DNA of 64,000 bases from an uncultured delta proteobacterium (GTDB taxonomy: Bacteria > Myxococcota_A > Polyangia > Polyangiales > Polyangiaceae). The stretch spans positions 544,001-608,000 of the forward strand of contig CAWKKR010000007.1 in NCBI GenBank assembly GCA_963850305.1, in the 5' to 3' direction. The notes beneath the pieces were generated by a model, which was given only the letters and a program-made list of their open reading frames with translations, was not told the DNA's origin and ran no database searches. Shown one piece after another: positions 39,592 through 49,775 of the stretch; positions within the stretch are counted from its first letter, which is position 1; each line of letters begins with the position of its first letter. The position numbers and the translations under genes are program-made.

Positions 39592-39898
39592 CCGTGGGGA
39601 TCGCCTGCAGCACCTGCTGACCGAGTCGAAAGCCTCGCGGCCGGTCGCGGAGCAGAACAGACGGAGTGCGTCGTCAGAGCGCGGGACCAGAATCGAAGGT
39701 GAGAATCTGTGCTCGCAACGTGACCGGTGCTAGAGCGTGTTGCGTGACACCGAGGCGCGGCAAGAGTCTTCTCGTGCACCAACCTCGGGGTTCATCACTT
39801 TCGTTCTTTTGTGCGCGAGACGTGGATCGCCCTACGTTTGTTGACGTACGAGTGATAGTCGTGTGACCGTCCGCGTCCCATTCGAAGAGAGGTAATGC

Positions 39899-40252
39899 GT
39901 GGCAACGAGAAAGGCTCCGGCGGCAACCGACGACAAGAACGCGAGCGACTTCATTCGCGCGCAGACAACCAGCATGACGGCACCGGAGGTGGTCGCAGCG
40001 GGCAAGAAGGCCGGCTTCGACTTCTCGACCAGCCTCGTATACGCGGTTCGCGGGCGAATGAAGAAGAGCTCCGGCGAGATCGGTTCGAGACGCGAAACGC
40101 CCTCGCGACGAGCCCCGGCTTCCGGCGGCAACGGTCGTCTCGACGCCCAGATCCAGGGTCTGGTCGACGCGTTCGTCAAGGAAATGTCCGCGCTCGTTCG
40201 CCGCGCCGCCCTGGATTCGGTCCGTCAAGCCCTGGGCGATCGAACGCGGTAG
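39899..40252 (+). CDS. Small basic protein, possible DNA-binding
   Basis: GAGAGG RBS before GTG; SDFIRA..PEVVAAGKKAG..SLVYAVR; helical C-terminus. Confidence 0.7.
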   Translation: MATRKAPAATDDKNASDFIRAQTTSMTAPEVVAAGKKAGFDFSTSLVYAVRGRMKKSSGEIGSRRETPSRRAPASGGNGRLDAQIQGLVDAFVKEMSALVRRAALDSVRQALGDRTR

Positions 40253-40262
40253 AAGGCGATCG

Positions 40263-40631
40263 TCATCCGGTTCGAGCCTTCACGCTGAAGGTCTCGCCGC
40301 AACCGCACGTGGACGCTTCGAGCGGGTTCTTGAATTTGAGCCCCTGAAACATGAGTGTGTTCTCGTATGTGATCGTACTACCGTCGATGTACTCGATACT
40401 TCGGTTGTCGACGAAGACATGGGTGCCGTAGAAGGCATAAACTAGGTCGCGCGCTCGGGGCGGCTCGTCCGTGTAATCGAGCACGTAGGTGAGGCCGTTG
40501 CAGCCCCCGCCTCGCACCCCCACTCTCAGGGCAGCGTCGGGGCGGCCTTCCTTTTCGAGCCGGCGACGCACGAACTCGGCTGCTTCCTTGGTCAGTGTGA
40601 TGCGGGGGGCACTTGTGGCTTCGCCGTCCAT
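40263..40631 (-). CDS. A-type Fe-S carrier (IscA/SufA/HesB)
   Basis: LRVGVRGGGCNG, CGCGETF. Confidence 0.95.
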   Translation of the reverse strand: MDGEATSAPRITLTKEAAEFVRRRLEKEGRPDAALRVGVRGGGCNGLTYVLDYTDEPPRARDLVYAFYGTHVFVDNRSIEYIDGSTITYENTLMFQGLKFKNPLEASTCGCGETFSVKARTG

Positions 40632-40676
40632 TTGATTCAGCTTAGCTCCAGATGTGTCGTTCGCAAGTGACGGTAA

Positions 40677-41129
40677 TCAAAGGAGCCCGAGCTCGAGCCG
40701 AGCCTCCGTCGAGAGTCGGTCACGGGTCCAGGGCGGAATCCCAGACGAGCTCCGTTCGCGCTCGCCGGACGCCGCGGGTCTCGCGCAAGCGGTCTTGGAC
40801 TTCTTGAACGAGCGAACCAGCGACGGGGCATCCGGGCGCTGTCAGTGTCATCTTGACGTGTACATTTCCGTCGACGTCCACGTCGATACCGTAAATCGAG
40901 TCCAAGAATCGTAAATGTTCAGTGGGATCTCCGGATCGAACACGGTGCGGAGACCCTGGACCACGCGGTCGCGAAGAATTTCCGGTCGCTCGCGCACTCC
41001 ATCGGGTTCGGAACCGTCGTCTTCGAGCGTGAATGGCCCCGTGTCCTTCGCGCTCTCGTTGAGGACGTCGAGACGGCGCTTCTTCAGCTTCTCGAACTCC
41101 ACGTCGACGGGTCGCTCGCCTTCCATCAT
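40677..41129 (-). pseudogene. sufT: SufT/MIP18 (DUF59) Fe-S assembly factor, interrupted by three +1 frameshifts (pseudogene or sequence error)
   Basis: DPEIPLNIYD, IYGIDV..MTLTAPGCP..LVWD and PPWTRDRLSTEARLELGLL* are not in one continuous frame; removing one base each near 40907, 40897 and 40737 restores a 149-aa ORF. Confidence 0.85.
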
Positions 41130-41569
41130 CACTCCGTGGTCGTGTCGGTCTCACCATCGAGTGCTGCCTCGAGTGTGTGCCAGGCCAGCGTCGCGCACTT
41201 CACGCGCATCGGAAATTCAGCAACGCCGCCGAAAGCCGCGAGCTTTCCCAGTTTGCCCACGTCGCAGGCGGCCTTCCCGGTAACGAGATCGTGAAACACG
41301 CGGAACAGGTCGTCCACCTCTTCGCGCGTTCTTCCCTTGACGACCTCCGTCATGGTCGATGCCGCAGCGGTCGAGATTGCGCAGCCCGAGCCCTCGAAAC
41401 CGACGTCCTTGATTGTGCCATCCTCGTACACGATACGCACGATGACGTGGTCGCCGCAAAGCGGGTTCTTGCCTTCCGCCGTACGGTTCGCGCCGGGCAG
41501 CGGGCGAAAGTTTCGCGGATGCCTCCCGTGATCGAGAATCACCTCCTGATAGAGTTCGCGTGGGTCCAT
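41129..41569 (-). CDS. sufU: SUF system scaffold/sulfur-transfer protein SufU
   Basis: LYQEVILDH, NPLCGD, GCAIS, RVKCATLAWH. Confidence 0.95.
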   Translation of the reverse strand: MDPRELYQEVILDHGRHPRNFRPLPGANRTAEGKNPLCGDHVIVRIVYEDGTIKDVGFEGSGCAISTAAASTMTEVVKGRTREEVDDLFRVFHDLVTGKAACDVGKLGKLAAFGGVAEFPMRVKCATLAWHTLEAALDGETDTTTE

Positions 41570-42824
41570 CAAGAAATAGCTCCTTTGCCCGGTACAGCGC
41601 TGCGGCAAGACAGTCGACGTCGTCGCGGGCCGAGTACATGCCAAACGAAGCTCGCGCCGTCGCGGGGACACCGAATCGTGCCATCAACGGTTGGGTGCAG
41701 TGGTGGCCCGTCCGGATTGCAACGCCCTCGGCGTCCAGCAGCGTTCCCAGATCGTGCGGGTGAATCCCCTCCATGACGAAGGATATGACCGAGACCTTGC
41801 GTGAGGAGCTACCGATCAGACGAAGACCCGGGATCTGGGAAAGCTTTTGCGTCGCGTACTCGAGAACTTCGTCTTCGTGCGCGCCGAGTCCGATCCGGTC
41901 GAGGCCAGTCACATAGTCGATCGCCGCGCCCAGGCCGATCGCCCCGGTGATGTCCGGTGTTCCGGCTTCGAAGCGTTCCGGCAGCCCCTTGTACGTCGTT
42001 TTCTCAAACGACACGCTCCGGATCATCGAACCGCCGCCTTGCCACGGGGGGAGTCGCTCGAAGAGAGCCTTCCGGCCATAGAGCACGCCGATTCCGGTCG
42101 GTCCGTAGAGTTTATGGCCGCTCAGCGCGTAGAAGTCCGCGCCCAGGTCCTGGACGTCTACGGGGAGGTGAGCGACGGCTTGCGCGCCATCGACGACCAC
42201 GACGGCTCCGCGCTCATGTGCGAGGAGAACGATCTCCTTGATCGGCAGCACCGTCCCGAGCGTGTTCGAGACATGCGCGACCGCGACGATCCGTGTCCGT
42301 TCGGAAAGTTTCGCGCGGATCGCATCGAGCGGAACTTCTCCGCGATCCGTCACTTCGGCGACGACGAGGCGCGCTCCCTTTTCCGCGCAGATCATCTGCC
42401 ACGGAACGATGTTCGAATGGTGCTCGAGCCTGGTGACGAGCACTTCATCCCCCGGGCCGAGTTCTGCGCGTCCGAGCGTCTGCGCCACCAGATTGAGCGC
42501 TTCCGTCGTTCCCCGGACGAACACGATCTCGGCCGCCTCGCGCGCGTTCAAGAACGCCCGGACCTTTTCTCGGGCGGCTTCGAATGCCAGCGTCGCGCGC
42601 TGGGACAGCTCGTGAACACCCCGATGCACATTTGCAGAATCGAGGGACATCGAGCGCGTCACCGCGTCGATGACCGCTCGTGGTTTGAGCGCCGACGCGG
42701 CACTATCGAGATAAACCAGGCGTTTCCCGTGGATCTTCTGCGCGAGGGCAGGGAACTCCCTTCTCGTCGACGTCACGTCGAACACGGGTGCACGTAATGT
42801 TTCGGACTCGAGTGCCAGGGTCAT
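41217..42824 (-). CDS. sufS: Cysteine desulfurase SufS (homology ends ~41570; as sequenced it reads through over sufU)
   Basis: YLDSAAS, NVHRG, EHHSN, SGHKLYGPTG, RTGHHC; start 42824 overlaps the sufD stop. Confidence 0.93.
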   Translation of the reverse strand: MTLALESETLRAPVFDVTSTRREFPALAQKIHGKRLVYLDSAASALKPRAVIDAVTRSMSLDSANVHRGVHELSQRATLAFEAAREKVRAFLNAREAAEIVFVRGTTEALNLVAQTLGRAELGPGDEVLVTRLEHHSNIVPWQMICAEKGARLVVAEVTDRGEVPLDAIRAKLSERTRIVAVAHVSNTLGTVLPIKEIVLLAHERGAVVVVDGAQAVAHLPVDVQDLGADFYALSGHKLYGPTGIGVLYGRKALFERLPPWQGGGSMIRSVSFEKTTYKGLPERFEAGTPDITGAIGLGAAIDYVTGLDRIGLGAHEDEVLEYATQKLSQIPGLRLIGSSSRKVSVISFVMEGIHPHDLGTLLDAEGVAIRTGHHCTQPLMARFGVPATARASFGMYSARDDVDCLAAALYRAKELFLDGPTRTLSGGDSRSREASAKLSPAARREPYGGRQEPALRRPRHRAYRVRGWHNQGRRFRGLGLRNLDRCGIDHDGGRQGKNARRGGRPVPRVSRSRYREGRLRRGQTGKARGFRRRC

Positions 42825-44143
42825 GCGAGCTCTCTCGCGGCGTCTCCGCCCGGCACGCGAGCCGCGATCGCGCTTTCCACCTGCTCGCGCAACGCCGGGT
42901 CCGGAAGCGACGCGGCCATCTCCCGCGCGAATGCGTACGTGAGGAGAGCGCGAGCAACCGTCGCGTCCATTCCGCGCGACCGGAGATAGAAAAGCTGGGC
43001 CGGGTCGAGCTTCCCGACCGTTGCGCCGTGGCTGCACTTCACGTCATCGGTATCGATTTCGAGATGCGGCTTCGTGTGGATGATGCAATCGTTCGAAAGA
43101 CAGAGATTACGGTTTTCTTGATGCGCGACGGTCCCATCCGCCCCCCGGCGGACGAACACGGTGCCATCGAACACGGCCACGGCGGTTCCGTCGAGGATCC
43201 CCTTGTAGCGCTCTCGACTGGAACAATGCGGCTCGGCATGGTCGATGACGGTGTGATGGTCCACGAGTTCGCCGCCGCGGGCGAGGTAGAGTCCGTCCAG
43301 CGTGCATTCGGCGCCCGGGCCCTCGAGTTTGACGCGGATGTCCACTCGCGCGAGCGCCCCGCCGAATGTGAACACTCGGGAGTGATATCGACTATTGCGT
43401 TCTTGACGCACGGATATAGTCCCGACCGCTCCGGCGTGCGGGGCGCCATGGTGCACACGAACGTGTTCGACTCTGGAATTCTCCCCGAGGGCGAGCTCCG
43501 TCACGGAATTCTCGAAATGCGCGGCGCCATCGACGCTCTCGTGTGATTCCGTGAGAACGAGTTCGCTGTCGGGCTCCCCAATCACGAGCACTCGCGGGGT
43601 CGACAGGGTCGGACCGGACGCGGGTACGGCAAGGTGCACCAGCCGAACCGTCGTCCGGGTGCCGCGTCGAGCGACGATGACGATCCCGTCCTCGAACAGT
43701 GCCGCGTTTTGCGCGATGAACCCATTCTCGAGCGACACGATCCGGCCGAGGTGTTCCGACACGCGTTCTGGCTCCGAACTCGAGGTATCCCTGAGCGTCC
43801 GTACCCCGAGATTCGTCGCTGCGGAGTCGCCGAGGTCGGGCGAGCCGTTCACGAGCACGATACCGTCGCGTCGGGTCGACACCGGAGGCACGTCACCGGG
43901 GAGCGGGAGCCAGTAGGGGGTTCGGGTGATGGCGCGTACCGGAGTGAATCGCCACGCCTCGTCCGCTGCCGTCGGGAAACCGGTAGCTTCGAGAAACGCG
44001 ATCGCCGCGGAGCGGTCCACGTCGCCAGGAGCGGCTCCCAGCGGCGCTCGGCTCCGTGCCTCACGAAGCGATGCCGCAAGAAGATCGGTTGCCTCCGTCC
44101 CCGTGGGCCGTTCCGCCGCCGAGATCGCTGCGGCTTCACTCAT
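42821..44143 (-). CDS. sufD: Fe-S cluster assembly protein SufD
   Basis: EAWRFT, KPHLEI..DDVKCSHGATVG, LFYLRSRG. Confidence 0.95.
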   Translation of the reverse strand: MSEAAAISAAERPTGTEATDLLAASLREARSRAPLGAAPGDVDRSAAIAFLEATGFPTAADEAWRFTPVRAITRTPYWLPLPGDVPPVSTRRDGIVLVNGSPDLGDSAATNLGVRTLRDTSSSEPERVSEHLGRIVSLENGFIAQNAALFEDGIVIVARRGTRTTVRLVHLAVPASGPTLSTPRVLVIGEPDSELVLTESHESVDGAAHFENSVTELALGENSRVEHVRVHHGAPHAGAVGTISVRQERNSRYHSRVFTFGGALARVDIRVKLEGPGAECTLDGLYLARGGELVDHHTVIDHAEPHCSSRERYKGILDGTAVAVFDGTVFVRRGADGTVAHQENRNLCLSNDCIIHTKPHLEIDTDDVKCSHGATVGKLDPAQLFYLRSRGMDATVARALLTYAFAREMAASLPDPALREQVESAIAARVPGGDAARELA

Positions 44144-44924
44144 GATGCCGCCGCTCCTGAGGCGCGAGGGATTCGCGCTCGAAGCGCGCGTAGCCCTCGT
44201 CCTCCAGCACGCGGGCGAGCGCCGCCTCCCCCGAGCGCACGATAGTTCCGCCCAGGAAAACATGGACCACGTCGGGCACGATGTATTCGAGAAGTCGTTG
44301 ATAATGCGTGATCACCAGCATGGCGCGTTCCGGGCTTCGGAGGGCGTTCACACCGGAGGCGACCACGCGGAGGGCGTCGATATCGAGACCAGAATCCGTT
44401 TCGTCCAGGACAGAGAGCTTTGGTTCCATCATGGCCATCTGGAACACTTCATTGCGTTTCTTCTCGCCGCCCGAGAATCCGGAGTTCACCGGTCGGAGCG
44501 CGAGGGCTTCGTCGAGTTCCAGGAGTTTCATTTTTTCGCGCGAGGCCTTCATGAAATCCATCGCGTCGAATTCGGGCTGTCCGCGGTGCCTTCGGATCGC
44601 ATTCACTCCGGCCTTGAGAAAGTAGAGATTCGACACCCCGGGGATCTCGACCGGGTACTGGAAGGCGAGAAACACCCCCTCGCGCGCCCGCTCCTCGGGA
44701 GGCAACGCGAGCAGATCTTTCCCCGCGTACGTGACGTGCCCCTGGGTTACCTCGTAGCCTTCTCGACCGGCAAGGACATTTGCGAGAGTGCTCTTTCCCG
44801 ACCCGTTCGGACCCATGATGGCGTGAACTTCCCCGGCTTTCACGACGAGATTCAGGCCGCGCAGGATTTCCTTCCCGGCGACCGCAACGTGCAAATTCTG
44901 GACGACCAACAAGGGCGTGGTCAT
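44136..44924 (-). CDS. sufC: Fe-S cluster assembly ATPase SufC
   Basis: [38 protein letters not shown]. Confidence 0.97.
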   Translation of the reverse strand: MTTPLLVVQNLHVAVAGKEILRGLNLVVKAGEVHAIMGPNGSGKSTLANVLAGREGYEVTQGHVTYAGKDLLALPPEERAREGVFLAFQYPVEIPGVSNLYFLKAGVNAIRRHRGQPEFDAMDFMKASREKMKLLELDEALALRPVNSGFSGGEKKRNEVFQMAMMEPKLSVLDETDSGLDIDALRVVASGVNALRSPERAMLVITHYQRLLEYIVPDVVHVFLGGTIVRSGEAALARVLEDEGYARFERESLAPQERRHHE

Positions 44925-46369
44925 CCGACCGCCCCCTCGAGGCTGACGCCCAGCAGCTTCTGGGCTTCGACTGCGAATTCCATGGGGAGCTCCTTCAACA
45001 CCTCCTTGCAGAAACCGTTCACGATGAGCGAGATGGCGTCCTCCTGCGAAAGGCCGCGCTGGCGGCAGTAAAAAAGCTGGTCGTCACTGATGCGCGACGT
45101 GGTGGCTTCATGTTCGACCGTGCTCGAGGCGTTGCGCACGTCGATGTACGGAACCGTGTGTGCACCGCACGCGCTTCCAAGCAGCAACGAGTCGCACTGC
45201 GTGTAGTTGCGCGCATTCGCCGCGTTCTTCCCGACCCGGACGAGACCCCGGTACGTGTTCTGTCCGTGCCCCGCGCTGATGCCCTTGGAGATGATCGTGC
45301 TCCTCGTGTCCTTACCAAGATGGATCATCTTCGTGCCGGTGTCGGCCTGCTGGCGATTGTTCGTCAGGGCGACGGAATAAAATTCACCCACGGATTCATC
45401 TCCGGCGAGAATGCAGCTCGGATACTTCCACGTGATCGCGGATCCGGTCTCGACCTGGGTCCACGAGATCTTCGATCTGACGCCCGCGCACTTACCTCGC
45501 TTGGTGACGAAATTGAAAATACCGCCCTTGCCCTCCGCGTCACCGGGATACCAATTTTGCACGGTGGAGTATTTGATCTCCGCGCGATCGAGCGCGACCA
45601 GCTCCACTACCGCCGCATGCAGCTGGTTCTCGTCGCGCATCGGGGCCGTGCATCCTTCGAGGTAGCTGACGTGGCTGCCCGCATCAGCGACGATGAGCGT
45701 CCGCTCGAACTGGCCTGTCTTTGCCGCGTTGATCCGGAAATAGGTGGACAGCTCCATCGGGCACCGCACACCTTCGGGGACATAGACGAACGACCCGTCG
45801 GTGAAGACCGCGGAATTGAGGGTCGCGAAGAAGTTGTCCGTGATGGGTACCACGGAGCCCAGGTACTGACGGACGAGCTCGGGGTGCTCCCGGACGGCCT
45901 CCGAGAACGAGCAGAAGATGACCCCCATGCTCGCCAGTTTCTCCTTGAAGGTCGTCGCGACCGAAACGCTGTCGAACACGGCGTCCACTGCGATCCCCGC
46001 GAGCGCTGCTCGCTCGTGGAGTGGGATGCCGAGCTTTTCGTACGTACGAAGGAGCTCGGGGTCGACGTCCTCGAGACTCTTTGGTGCGTTCGTCGTTTTC
46101 GGCGCGGAGTAATAGACGATCGCCTGGTAGTCGATCTTCGGGTACCTCACCTTCGCCCATCTTGGCTCGCGATCATCTAGCTTGAGCCAGTGACGGTACG
46201 CCTTCAGGCGGAAGTCCAGGAGCCACTCGGGTTCGCCCTTCTTGGCGGAGATGTGCCGGATGACACCTTCGTTCAGGCCGGCAGGTACCGTGTCCTGTTC
46301 GATGTCGGTGCTCCAACCGGCGCTGTATTCGCGGCGGAGAAGCTCGGTAACGTCTGGAGAGGTGGTCAT
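44921..46369 (-). CDS. sufB: Fe-S cluster assembly protein SufB
   Basis: [39 protein letters not shown]. Confidence 0.97.
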   Translation of the reverse strand: MTTSPDVTELLRREYSAGWSTDIEQDTVPAGLNEGVIRHISAKKGEPEWLLDFRLKAYRHWLKLDDREPRWAKVRYPKIDYQAIVYYSAPKTTNAPKSLEDVDPELLRTYEKLGIPLHERAALAGIAVDAVFDSVSVATTFKEKLASMGVIFCSFSEAVREHPELVRQYLGSVVPITDNFFATLNSAVFTDGSFVYVPEGVRCPMELSTYFRINAAKTGQFERTLIVADAGSHVSYLEGCTAPMRDENQLHAAVVELVALDRAEIKYSTVQNWYPGDAEGKGGIFNFVTKRGKCAGVRSKISWTQVETGSAITWKYPSCILAGDESVGEFYSVALTNNRQQADTGTKMIHLGKDTRSTIISKGISAGHGQNTYRGLVRVGKNAANARNYTQCDSLLLGSACGAHTVPYIDVRNASSTVEHEATTSRISDDQLFYCRQRGLSQEDAISLIVNGFCKEVLKELPMEFAVEAQKLLGVSLEGAVG

Positions 46370-46438
46370 GGATCTTTCTGCGATGAGCCCGCCGATGGAA
46401 CCGCGGGCTACCTCAAAGGGGATGATGCGGGCGTTCCC

Positions 46439-46888
46439 TCACGCTTCAGCGACGATCCGGCGCAGGGGTATCAGAATCGGCAAGTGGGGTCGCACCATGT
46501 CGGCGAGAGTGATCCCGCGGAGGGCCTGTCGGATGGCGTCATTGATGCGGATCCAGTTGCGCTCGGTCGGACAACCACCCTCGAGGCCGCAACAGCTCCT
46601 GCCGGTGTCGCTGCATTCCGTGACGGCGATGGGTCCTTCGACGGCGTCGACGATTTCGGCCACACTGATTGCTTCCGCCGGTCTCGCCAATCGGTAGCCG
46701 CCGTTCTTTCCACGCTCCGATTCCACGAGCCCCGCCCGCGCCAAAACTTTGAGAACCTTGCTCACCGTTGGTTGCGGGATACGCGTGCTGACCGCGACGT
46801 CGCGAGCAGCGTGGGCCTCTCCGTCGGTCTCCACCATGTCGGAGAGAACCAGCACCGCATAGTCCGTTAGTTTAGTAATGCGTAGCAT
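46439..46888 (-). CDS. Rrf2-family SUF system regulator
   Basis: KLTDYA, SERGKNGGY, Cys cluster EC..CC..GC; heads the suf operon. Confidence 0.93.
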   Translation of the reverse strand: MLRITKLTDYAVLVLSDMVETDGEAHAARDVAVSTRIPQPTVSKVLKVLARAGLVESERGKNGGYRLARPAEAISVAEIVDAVEGPIAVTECSDTGRSCCGLEGGCPTERNWIRINDAIRQALRGITLADMVRPHLPILIPLRRIVAEA

Positions 46889-46907
46889 TATCAGCCACTT
46901 ATGATTC

Positions 46908-46924
46908 AGTACTGAGCCAGTACT
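46908..46924. promoter_or_regulatory. Perfect 7-3-7 inverted repeat, candidate Rrf2 operator
   Basis: AGTACTG-AGC-CAGTACT in an AT-rich stretch 20 bp upstream of the Rrf2 start. Confidence 0.6.
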
Positions 46925-46986
46925 AATTGCAGTATAGGCGGGCGTATTCGGCTGTCAACGGCGGAACGCCGTAGCATCCTCCGGCG

Positions 46987-47601
46987 ATGAACCCAAGCAG
47001 CGACCGATTCCTTCTCGCGATCGGAGCCTTCGATGCGGAGAACGCCCGCGATCCGACGACGGTGCCCGATGGCGGCCGGCTGCGCCCGCTGGCGCTGGTG
47101 CAGGCCGAGCGGCTTGCTGGCTGGGTCGTCAGACTGGTGCCGAATGCGTCCGAGCCCCTGCGGCTGGCCGCACGGTGTCAGCACATCAGGCGATGGGAAA
47201 TCCCTCGTTCATCGTTTCCCGAGGGGCGCATCGGCTACCTCGAATGGCGTAAACGGTTGTCCCGGTTCCACGCCGATGCGGCATCGGAGATCCTGCGAGC
47301 CACGGGCTATGCGGAAGACGTCGTGGCGCACGTTTCCGCGATCAACCAGAAGAAATCGCTGAAAGTGGATGCCGACGTGCAGGCCATGGAGGATGCGCTG
47401 TGCCTCTCGTTCCTCGAGTTCGAAATCGACGCCTTTGCCGCGAGGCATCCATCGGAAAAGGTCATCGATATCCTCCGGAAAACGTGGCGCAAGATGAGCG
47501 CTCACGGGCAAGACGAGGCGCTACGCTTATCCTTCTCGGATTCCGTGAAGGCTCTCGTGTCGTCAGCCATCGTCCCGTCGGGAGAGCTCGATCAACGGTA
47601 G
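46987..47601 (+). CDS. DUF4202 domain protein
   Basis: DAENARDP, ASEPLRLAARCQHIRRW, EDALCLSFL, ILRKTWRKMS. Confidence 0.88.
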   Translation: MNPSSDRFLLAIGAFDAENARDPTTVPDGGRLRPLALVQAERLAGWVVRLVPNASEPLRLAARCQHIRRWEIPRSSFPEGRIGYLEWRKRLSRFHADAASEILRATGYAEDVVAHVSAINQKKSLKVDADVQAMEDALCLSFLEFEIDAFAARHPSEKVIDILRKTWRKMSAHGQDEALRLSFSDSVKALVSSAIVPSGELDQR

Positions 47602-49004
47602 TCGACCGGGTCGAGCTTGTAGCGCCTCAGCCAGCGTTGAACCTGGTTTCGTGCCTTGCCGGTTGCCCGTGCCACTGCGCTCACGTTGCCACGGTGCTCA
47701 TGCAGGAGTTCCACGATGGTCGCCCGGTGTTCCTGCTGTTCGGGCGACAGCGGGCGATCCTGGCCAGCGGCCGCGGCGTCCTCGCCATCGGCACCGATGT
47801 CGACTGGACCGGGAAAGTGCTCGCGCCTGATGGGCGAGTCGCCTGCGAGCGCCGACCCCGTCATGAGCCAGTTCTCGAGCTCGCGAATGTTGAGCGGGAA
47901 CCTGTAAGCGAAGAGAGCTCGGGCTGCCTCGATACTCAGCGTAACGTTACCCGAGCGGCTTCCGGCGACTCGCGCCAGCAACGAGCCGATGAGGAGCCCG
48001 AGATCCTGCTTTCTTTCGCGCAGCGGGGGAAGATTGAGTCGAAATCCGGCGATCCTTCCGAAGAGGTCTTCTCGAAACTTGCCTTCGCGGACGAGCGCTT
48101 CGAGATTTCGGTTCGTTGCCGATACCAATCGCATGTCCACCGAGATGGCGTCCGTGCCCCCGACGGGTCTGACCCGCTTCTCCTGGAGCACCCGCAAAAA
48201 GGCTGCCTGCGACGGGAGCGGCAGATCCCCGATTTCGTCCAGGAACAGGGTGCCTCGATCCGCCGAGCGAACCAGGCCGATCCGATCGGCAACGGAGCCG
48301 GAGAAGGCCCCTCGCGTGCTGCCGAAGAGCTCGCTTTCGAGCAACGCTTGCGGGATCGCCGACGAATTCACGCCGACGAATTTGCCGGTTCGGCCGGAGA
48401 CGGCGTGCAGCGCCTGCGCGAGGACTTCCTTGCCCGTCCCGGTCTCACCGAGGACGAGCACGGAGAGCCCCGTCGACGCCAGCCGGGACAGCTTCTCGAA
48501 GTCGGCCGCGAGCGCCGGCATGAGCGTACCCAGCCCCGACGAGGGCACCCCGGCCACCGCGGCATCGAGATCGTCCGGCCCCTCACCGTGGGGCGCCTCT
48601 TCATACATGAACAAGGTATGTCCGAGTTCCAGCAGATCGCCGTGCGACAGAGCGTGTTCGTGCACGACCGAGTCGTTGACGCGGACGCCGTTTTTCGACC
48701 CAGCATCGATGATCTTCCAGCGGCCCAGCGCGCCTTCGAGTCGGGCGTGAGTCTGTGACATGCGGGCGTCAGGAATCCGCACCTCGAGCTGCGTCCCACG
48801 ATAATCGCCCGACCGACTTGCGGTCCGGATCACTCCGCGGCCGAGGATGGCCCGCCCGCCGGACCCCAGGCGGTGTCGCGTCGAAAGCGAAAGCGGACGA
48901 TCGCACTCGAGAAGAACGAGTAGATGCGGCTCGCGCTGGGCCGTAGGCCGTGCCGACGGCCCTGGTGTTTCGACGTCGAGCGTTCGGTCGAAGGACTCGC
49001 CCAT
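47592..49004 (-). CDS. FHA-domain sigma54 enhancer-binding protein
   Basis: FHA (LGR, SQTH, SKNG), GETGTGKE, ESELFG, GAFSGS, LFLDEIG, C-terminal HTH. Confidence 0.92.
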   Translation of the reverse strand: MGESFDRTLDVETPGPSARPTAQREPHLLVLLECDRPLSLSTRHRLGSGGRAILGRGVIRTASRSGDYRGTQLEVRIPDARMSQTHARLEGALGRWKIIDAGSKNGVRVNDSVVHEHALSHGDLLELGHTLFMYEEAPHGEGPDDLDAAVAGVPSSGLGTLMPALAADFEKLSRLASTGLSVLVLGETGTGKEVLAQALHAVSGRTGKFVGVNSSAIPQALLESELFGSTRGAFSGSVADRIGLVRSADRGTLFLDEIGDLPLPSQAAFLRVLQEKRVRPVGGTDAISVDMRLVSATNRNLEALVREGKFREDLFGRIAGFRLNLPPLRERKQDLGLLIGSLLARVAGSRSGNVTLSIEAARALFAYRFPLNIRELENWLMTGSALAGDSPIRREHFPGPVDIGADGEDAAAAGQDRPLSPEQQEHRATIVELLHEHRGNVSAVARATGKARNQVQRWLRRYKLDPVDYR

Positions 49005-49163
49005 GCTGCCCGATTTCCGCGCTTTCCCGATGCAGGCGCTACGCGTGTCACTGGTACCGGTGCCACATGTGGCGCCTGAGGGCGAGCCTAGGCCCGGGAG
49101 CCGCCTCGCCGCAACAAGAGTCGAGGTCTCCCTCATGGCACGCACACTGCAACGCGGCGCTTC

Positions 49164-49715
49164 ATGGTTCCCAAAGCAGCGGATGCGCTTACGCTCGAAG
49201 AGCTCATGGATCTGTACGTCGACGGCAGTGACGCGGCGTTCAGTGCGCTATATCGACGCATGGTGCCGAGGCTGACGGGGTACCTTCATCGAATCTGTCG
49301 TGATTCCTCCGCCGTGGAGGACGCGCTCCAGACGACGTTCATCAAGGTTCATCGGGCGCGCCAGACCTACGTCCAGGGCGCGCCCCTGGCGCCGTGGATC
49401 CTCGTGATCGCTCGACGTGCTCTTTACGACGAGCTTCGCGCCGCCCGGGCCCGGGGCGAGGTGCTCAGCGACACCGGGATTCTGCCCGACACTGCGCTCG
49501 ATGACCGTGGCGCCCTCGATGAGGCACGATACCTCGAACGCGCGCTCTCCGCGCTGCCTGGACCCTATCGCGAAGCCATCGAGCTTACCAAGCTTCAGGG
49601 CCTGTCGGGTGACGAAGCAGCAAGGAAGCTTTCTACCACGCAGAGTGCGATCAAGCTCCGAGTCCACCGCGGCTATCAGATGCTGCGCCGGAGTCTTCTC
49701 TCGGAAGCAGCCTGA
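49164..49715 (+). CDS. ECF sigma factor
   Basis: AFSALY, EDALQTTF, PWILVIARR, LPGPYREA, IKLRVHRG. Confidence 0.9.
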   Translation: MVPKAADALTLEELMDLYVDGSDAAFSALYRRMVPRLTGYLHRICRDSSAVEDALQTTFIKVHRARQTYVQGAPLAPWILVIARRALYDELRAARARGEVLSDTGILPDTALDDRGALDEARYLERALSALPGPYREAIELTKLQGLSGDEAARKLSTTQSAIKLRVHRGYQMLRRSLLSEAA

Positions 49716-49775
49716 AGGTAGTCGACCGGCGGGACCGGGTGCTACCCTCCCGGGGCGATCTGGAGCCCAACAAGG

